The notes beneath the pieces were generated by a model. The model ran no database searches and was not told the origin of the DNA. It was given only the letters and a program-made list of their open reading frames with translations. From an uncultured Chloroflexia bacterium (GTDB taxonomy: Bacteria > Chloroflexota > Dehalococcoidia > GIF9 > UBA5629), in contig CAVWAG010000005.1 in the NCBI GenBank assembly GCA_963752975.1, forward strand, positions 11,572 to 75,571: 64,000 nucleotides of DNA. Direction: 5' to 3'. Each line of letters starts with the position of its first letter. The stretch's first letter is position 1. Shown piece by piece: positions 58,691-64,000 of this stretch. The translations under genes were made by a program, and so were the position numbers.

Positions 58691-59311
58691 ATGATTAGTT
58701 CAGCCTGGATAGCCGCCGGGTTGGTGCTCGGCTCCTTTCCTTTCTCACTGTGGATAGGGAAAATATTCCTGCGCAAGGATATCAGGAAATTCGGCGACGG
58801 GGCGCCGGGGGCGACCAACGTAGCGAGGGCGGGCAGCAAGTCACTGTACGTTATAGCAGCTCTGCTGGACGCTTTCAAGGGCACAGTACCCGTGTGGCTG
58901 GCGCAGACAGTATCGGGAACAGCCGGGTGGGAACTGGCTGCCGTGGCTGTAGCCCCGGTGGTGGGACATGCTTTTTCCCCCTTCCTGAGTTTCAGGGGCG
59001 GCATGGGTGTGGCTACCACATTCGGCGTCTGGCTTGGCCTGACAGGCTGGCTGGGGCCTGTCATCATGGCGCTCTGTATCGGGTTCATGTTTACCATCCA
59101 GAAGAATTGGGTGTGGGCCTCGGTGGTAGGCATGATTATTTTCCTGGTTGTCCTCATGCTATTGCCAGACCCTTTCATTGCCGCATACAGGGTCCCACTG
59201 CTCAGCGCCGGCATGGTACATACGGCTATCCTCATTATAAAGCGTTATTCCTATTTTAAAAGCTGGCCCAAACCTCAATCATGGATGGGCCGGCCAATGA
59301 GAAAGTCATGA
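58691..59311 (+). CDS. plsY: glycerol-3-phosphate acyltransferase PlsY
   Basis: GSFPFSLWIGK..DIRKFGDGAPGATNV...LLDAFKG.VPV. The stop overlaps the next start (ATGA at 59308..59311). Confidence 0.8.
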   Translation: MISSAWIAAGLVLGSFPFSLWIGKIFLRKDIRKFGDGAPGATNVARAGSKSLYVIAALLDAFKGTVPVWLAQTVSGTAGWELAAVAVAPVVGHAFSPFLSFRGGMGVATTFGVWLGLTGWLGPVIMALCIGFMFTIQKNWVWASVVGMIIFLVVLMLLPDPFIAAYRVPLLSAGMVHTAILIIKRYSYFKSWPKPQSWMGRPMRKS

Positions 59312-60506
59312 CAAACCTTGATCCGCTGCTGCTGCCCAATATACTGGTGATGCTCTTCGTTTTCATAATGCTGGTCATCGCGGTCATCAATACGTTGGCC
59401 CTGCGTAACCTTAATGATTACAAGAATCCACGTAGTTTTCCGCGGATATCTGTGCTTGTGCCGGCCCGTAATGAAGAGGACAAGATTTATCCCTGCGTGA
59501 AATCGCTGCTTGCACAGGATTACCCTGATTTCCAGGTCGTCGTGCTGGACGATAATTCAACCGACCTGACGGGTGCAATATTGAAAGATTTCGTGCGGCA
59601 GGACCAGCGGCTGCGTGTCATCAAAGGGCTGCCCTTACCTCTCGATTGGCTGGGCAAGCATTGGGCCTGCCATCAGCTTTACCGCGCAGCCGACGGCGAC
59701 CTGTTAATGTTCACCGATGCTGACACTGTCCACACACCTGATACTTTGCGCTGTGCTGTGGCCGCGCTTGAGAGTGAGAACGCTGATATGCTGTCGATAG
59801 TGCCGAGGCACAAGCTGGGGAGTTGGGCCGAGAAACTTGCCATGCCGATTTTTGCGCTGGGTGTCTTTGCCAATGTTCCCCTGCCCCGGCGGCTAAGACC
59901 CAGGGATATAAAGGTATTATCCTCCAGCGGCAAGCTGATGCTGTTCCGCCGCCGCTCCTATGAGAAATCCGGTGGATTCGAGGCTATCAAGCAGAATGTG
60001 CTGGATGACCTTCAACTCCCTCAGGAAATCACAGCCGCAGGGATGCGCTACCGCCTCTTTGACGGCACCCATAACGTCAGTTGCCGCATGTATCACAATT
60101 GGAAAGAAGTGCATGAGGGATTGAGCAAGAACACTTTCGCCGCCTTCGGCTATAACTCGCCTCTCTCGGTATTTACCTGGCTCTGGATAACCTTCGTTTT
60201 CTGGGAGCCGGTTATCGCCCTCGGCATCCGCGGATGCCGGATTACCCTCCGCTCCTGTCACTTGGGCTGGCGGCGATCTCTATCCTCGCCTCGATCCTGC
60301 TTTTCACTTTATATTATCAGCGCTTTAAATTCCCGCTCTACATGGTATTCTTTTACCCTGCCAGTATCCTGCTGATGACCATCATCGCATTTTCTTCAAT
60401 GTACCTTACCCTCTCGGGTCAAACTACCTGGAAGGATCGCAAGCTGCCCGACCGCAAGCTGTTGAAGAATGAAACGGCCAACCCCACAAGTACAACCAAA
60501 ATTTAG
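59308..60506 (+). pseudogene. membrane-bound family-2 glycosyltransferase, one frameshift
   Basis: ISVLVPARNEE, VLDDNSTD, DWLGKHWAC and FTDADTVH. ORFs 59281..60375 and 60234..60506 join near 60230. The C-terminal TM region aligns with the paralogue downstream. Confidence 0.8.
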
Positions 60507-60563
60507 CGCATCTTTAACCAGCTCCGCAGGAAATTTTTAGCCGGTTAGTATATTATATTAAAC

Positions 60564-61736
60564 TTGGTGCAGCAAGAGTTATTTTTCAACATCCTGTTCT
60601 ACATTCAGGCCGCCATAGTGCTAGGCCTGGTTGTCCTGCTCCTAATATCCCTGACCAACCTTTATTACCTGAAACGTCTTGGCAGCTACCGGCCTCCGGC
60701 AAGGTGGCCGCGTATTTCCGTACTGGTGCCTGCCCGCAATGAGGAGTCCGGCATCGGCAAGTGTGCAGCATGCCTCCTGGCGCAAGAGTATCCCGATTTC
60801 CAGCTCATTATCCTGGATGATAACTCCACCGACCGCACCTGGGATATATTGCAGGAATACGCCAGCAAAGATTTCAGGCTGAGGATAATCAAGGGAAAGC
60901 CCCTGCCGGATGACTGGCTCGGCAAGCACTGGGCCTGCCAGCAATTAGCCGAGGTAGCCGACGGGGAACTGCTGCTATTCGTTGACGCCGATACCTATCA
61001 CCAGCCCGATATGCTGCGCGGCGCCGCCTCGGCTATGGCCACCGAAAAAGCGGCGCTTATCTCCGCCCTCCCCAAACAGGAGGTGGTAACCTGGTCGGAG
61101 AAACTGAGCATACCCGCTTTTTACCTGGGCATGCTATGCGGTGTCCCGCTGGAGCTAACCCGCCTTCAGAGCAACCCGCTGCTTTTCGCCGTCCTGGGAC
61201 AGTTCCTCATCTTCCGCAGGGATGCTTACGATGCAGTAGGAGGTTATGCCTCGGTGCGGCAGAACGTTGTGGACGATATCGCCATCGGCCGCAGGGTACA
61301 TGCCATGGGGCTTAAGTACAAGTTGTTGGACGGCAACGGGCAGGTTTCCTGCCGCATGTATCATAATCTCGACCAGGTATGGAAGGGACTGACCAAGAGC
61401 ACCTTTGCCACATTTAGCTTCGATCCCTATTTTCTTATACTGATGTGGACACTCGTGGTAATAGTCTTTCTCTGCCCTATCCTGATGCTTATCATCGGAC
61501 TAATTGTGCCCCAGGTGCCTTTCCTGATAACCCTGCTGGCAGGACTTGGTGTACTGCTGACCTTAATTCTCTGGTCCGTGAGCCTTATCCGTTTCCATTT
61601 CCCGCTTTACCTGGTGCTGATTTACCCCGCCAGCGCTGTTTTCATGACGATGATAGCTGTATCCTCAATGATTTTGACCATGCAGGGCAAGGCCAGATGG
61701 AAGGACCGGCTTATGCCCAAATTTGTAAAACTCTGA
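60564..61736 (+). CDS. membrane-bound family-2 glycosyltransferase (paralogue)
   Basis: ISVLVPARNEE, ILDDNSTD, DWLGKHWAC, FVDADTYH and a C-terminal multi-TM region ending in KARWKDR. Confidence 0.85.
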   Translation: MVQQELFFNILFYIQAAIVLGLVVLLLISLTNLYYLKRLGSYRPPARWPRISVLVPARNEESGIGKCAACLLAQEYPDFQLIILDDNSTDRTWDILQEYASKDFRLRIIKGKPLPDDWLGKHWACQQLAEVADGELLLFVDADTYHQPDMLRGAASAMATEKAALISALPKQEVVTWSEKLSIPAFYLGMLCGVPLELTRLQSNPLLFAVLGQFLIFRRDAYDAVGGYASVRQNVVDDIAIGRRVHAMGLKYKLLDGNGQVSCRMYHNLDQVWKGLTKSTFATFSFDPYFLILMWTLVVIVFLCPILMLIIGLIVPQVPFLITLLAGLGVLLTLILWSVSLIRFHFPLYLVLIYPASAVFMTMIAVSSMILTMQGKARWKDRLMPKFVKL

Positions 61737-61791
61737 GTATGGTTCTCCTGTCCCGCTGCCACCGCAAAGCAGTGATGTTATAATTCAGGCT

Positions 61792-63127
61792 GTGCTTGAT
61801 TACACACAGACTACTGCTTATTTAGAGGGCCTCACCAATTACGAAAAATCGCCGGCTGCCAGGTATGATGCCGCAAACTTTGACCTGCGCAGGATGGAAT
61901 TGCTGCTTGCCGAGCTGGGTAATCCTCACGCGGGCAGGAAAACCGTCCACATCGCCGGCACCAAGGGCAAGGGCAGCACCGCGGCCATGGTAGCCGCCAT
62001 TCTTAAGTCCGCCGGCTACTGTACCGGGTTATTCACCTCGCCGCACCTGTATTCATGGCAGGAAAGGATACGGGTCAATGGGCGCCCCGTGGCACAAAAG
62101 GACTTTGCACGGCTGGTGAACACAGTCAGGCCATATGTAGAGGAAATAAATCAGAGTGGCCGCTTCGGATGCCTTACAACCTTCGAGGTTTTAACCGCGG
62201 TAGCCTTCCTGTATTTCAGAGAAAAGGGAGCGGCCTTCCAGGTGCTGGAGACCGGCATGGGCGGCAGGCTCGATGCCACTAACGTAATTGAACCTGGTAT
62301 TTGCGTAATAACTTCCATCAGCCTGGATCACACCCAGGTGCTTGGCGATACGCTGGCCAAGATCGCCGGGGAGAAGGCTGGCATCATCAAGCCTGGCTGT
62401 ATAGTCGTGAGCGCGCCCCAGGCAACCGCGGCCGGCTCGGTTATAAAAGAGAAATGCAGGGCGATGCATGCGACATTAATTCAGGCCGGGAAAGAAATCA
62501 AGTGGATGCCGGTGAGGAGCGATTTCAAAGGGCAGGCTTTCAGACATAGATGGCTTGCGGCGCAAATACCGTGTCAGGCTCCCATTGCTGGGGGATTTCC
62601 AGATGGAGAACGCGGCACTGGCTATAGCAACTGCCGAGATATTGCAGCAGCAGGGAACAAATATAACTTATAAAGATATCTTGCTGGGCATCGGCCGGGT
62701 GAAATGGCCGGCACGTATGCAAATCCTCAACCTGTCCCCGCTGGTTATCATCGACGGCGCCCACAATGCGTATTCACTCGCGAGGCTATTGGAATCTATC
62801 CGCAAATATTTTTCCTATTCACGGGCATACGTCATCTTCGGCTCATCGAGCGATAAGGATATCAGCGGCATGGGAGGCGAGCTTGAAGGATTTGCTGACC
62901 ATGTATTTCTTACCAGTTCGCACCACGCCCGGGCCGCCTCCGCGGAATACCTGCAAAAGCTGTTCACAAACAAATGCTTTAACATCAGCAAAGAACCGGA
63001 CGCGGCAAAAGCGTTAACAGCGGCTCTTTCGATGGCATGCTCAGGGGATATTATACTGGCGACCGGGTCGCTTTTCCTGGCTGCGGAGATTCAGACAGCA
63101 TTTACTGAGAGTGGAAAATCTGTATAA
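61792..63127 (+). pseudogene. folC: folylpolyglutamate synthase / dihydrofolate synthase FolC, one frameshift
   Basis: HIAGTKGKGST, FTSPHL, ETGMGGRLDATN, and after a shift near 62550, LLGDFQMENAALAIA...IIDGAHN. Confidence 0.9.
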
Positions 63128-63128
63128 T

Positions 63129-63431
63129 TTAACTTTGCACCATTTTAAGGCGCTGAAGGGCACAGTGCTGCCGCGTTAAACCTGCTGAGGGAGTATCAGC
63201 CTGCGGGGGAAGCATCTTGCTGAGCAGGCGCTGAAGCGTCATGATGTGCACGCACTGCCCCCATTCGGAAAAGAAGTGGCAGCTGCAGTGCCATTTGCCT
63301 TCTCTCATGCCCAGGCTATGGCTGTCGTTCTCGCCGCGGAATTCGGCAGAGAAATCAGAGATGGTCACGCGTTCCGGTTCTTCAGCGTAGCGTTTGGCTT
63401 TCTCGATTTTACCTATGAGGCTGGACTGCAT
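63129..63431 (-). CDS. SWIM zinc-finger domain protein
   Basis: CSCHFFSEWGQCVHI fits the CxC-x(n)-CxH SWIM signature. Confidence 0.6.
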   Translation of the reverse strand: MQSSLIGKIEKAKRYAEEPERVTISDFSAEFRGENDSHSLGMREGKWHCSCHFFSEWGQCVHIMTLQRLLSKMLPPQADTPSAGLTRQHCALQRLKMVQS

Positions 63432-63635
63432 TGTCTACCTCCGCCAAAAGTATATAACGGCGGGTAGTAAAAGTCTATTTATACCTGGGCAATACAAGGT
63501 AAATCAAACGTGGCAATCTTTTCCCTTAGCCTCTACCGGGGAAGCTCCCCGTAGTTTGCCTGCCTTATCATTCCCTTCACTGTGCTCGAATTTATCTGCT
63601 ACAATTGATTACCGGGTGATTACAAGGTAAGGAAT

Positions 63636-64000
63636 ATGAAGGACAGGCTCTTTTCCGCGTTAAAAGGCCAGAAGGCTGATTACATAGAAGTCCGCCTCGA
63701 TGAAAGCAAGTCAAGCCGCCTGATTTACCGCGGCGAAAGACTGGAGGAAGCGGGCAGGACCGCCAGCACCGGTGGTTGCGTACGCGCACTTGTGCGGGGC
63801 GGGTGGGGTTTCGTCAGTTTTAACAGTCTCGATAGGCTGGCAGAAAACGTTGCCCTTGCCGTAAACCAGGCCCGTCGCGTGGGCAACAACGAGAGCCAAT
63901 TCTCCCCGGCTTCCCCGGTTGTGGACACGGTTCCGGCCGAATTTAAAAAAAATCCTATCGAAGTAAATCTCTCCGCCAAAAAAAATATCCTGGATGAATA
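63636..64000 (+). CDS. TldD/PmbA family metalloprotease (5-prime partial, runs off the window)
   Basis: ATG 63636. ADYIEVRLDESKSSRLIYRGERLEE...GGCVRALVRGGWGFVSFN is the typical TldD N-terminus. Confidence 0.8.
   Translation, partial: MKDRLFSALKGQKADYIEVRLDESKSSRLIYRGERLEEAGRTASTGGCVRALVRGGWGFVSFNSLDRLAENVALAVNQARRVGNNESQFSPASPVVDTVPAEFKKNPIEVNLSAKKNILDE

Noticed and set aside
1-64000. Alternative genetic code, stop-codon readthrough or programmed frameshifting as the explanation for the split genes
   Set aside because: In every case examined the conserved protein sequence resumes in a different frame rather than after an in-frame stop. The sites share no slippery-heptamer or structure motif. 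Several sit in plain homopolymers, and unrelated essential genes are hit.

Overview
Compact, gene-dense chromosomal segment with about 60 protein genes. I recognised no rRNA, tRNA, CRISPR array, transposase or integrase. The gene content (glycyl-radical enzyme, ferredoxin-linked sulfide assimilation genes, nitroreductase) suggests an anaerobic bacterium; a Chloroflexota-like origin is only a guess. Contents in order: a glycyl-radical-enzyme (GRE) locus with MFS transporter, GRE, activase and a flavin-binding protein (0.9-6.8 kb); two giant multi-PAS c-di-GMP enzymes, one GGDEF and one HD-GYP (6.8-13.2 kb); a PadR operon; recJ, lgt, ftsY; a zur-znuACB-like metal uptake operon with a perfect palindromic operator; a cell-surface/lipase island (28.2-33.9 kb); a polar amino-acid ABC transporter; a DEAH/DUF1998 helicase followed by three membrane proteins; the COG1900 + NIL-ferredoxin + UPF0280 trio (sulfide-dependent homocysteine synthesis); then hisS, cutA, relA/spoT, rpsT, rlmB, dinB, pyrF, plsY, two paralogous GT2 glycosyltransferases, folC and tldD. 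The surface/lipase island holds a secreted protein built from near-identical 114-bp cysteine-rich tandem repeats, a type-I membrane protein with a cytoplasmic zinc ribbon, and two tandem patatin-like lipases. Two observations cut across the window. (i) At least 30 reading-frame interruptions hit about 23 otherwise well-conserved genes, including essential ones, and some sit in short homopolymers. Uncorrected assembly indels explain this best, so I list these genes as pseudogene-type features but expect most to be intact in vivo. (ii) A short GTCATTGCGAG...GCAATC palindromic repeat family occurs as inverted pairs in two intergenic regions and, unusually, twice in frame inside a regulator gene. 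I see no complete known defence or mobile system. The most novel-looking items are the Cys-rich repeat protein with its island and the uncharacterised GRE locus.
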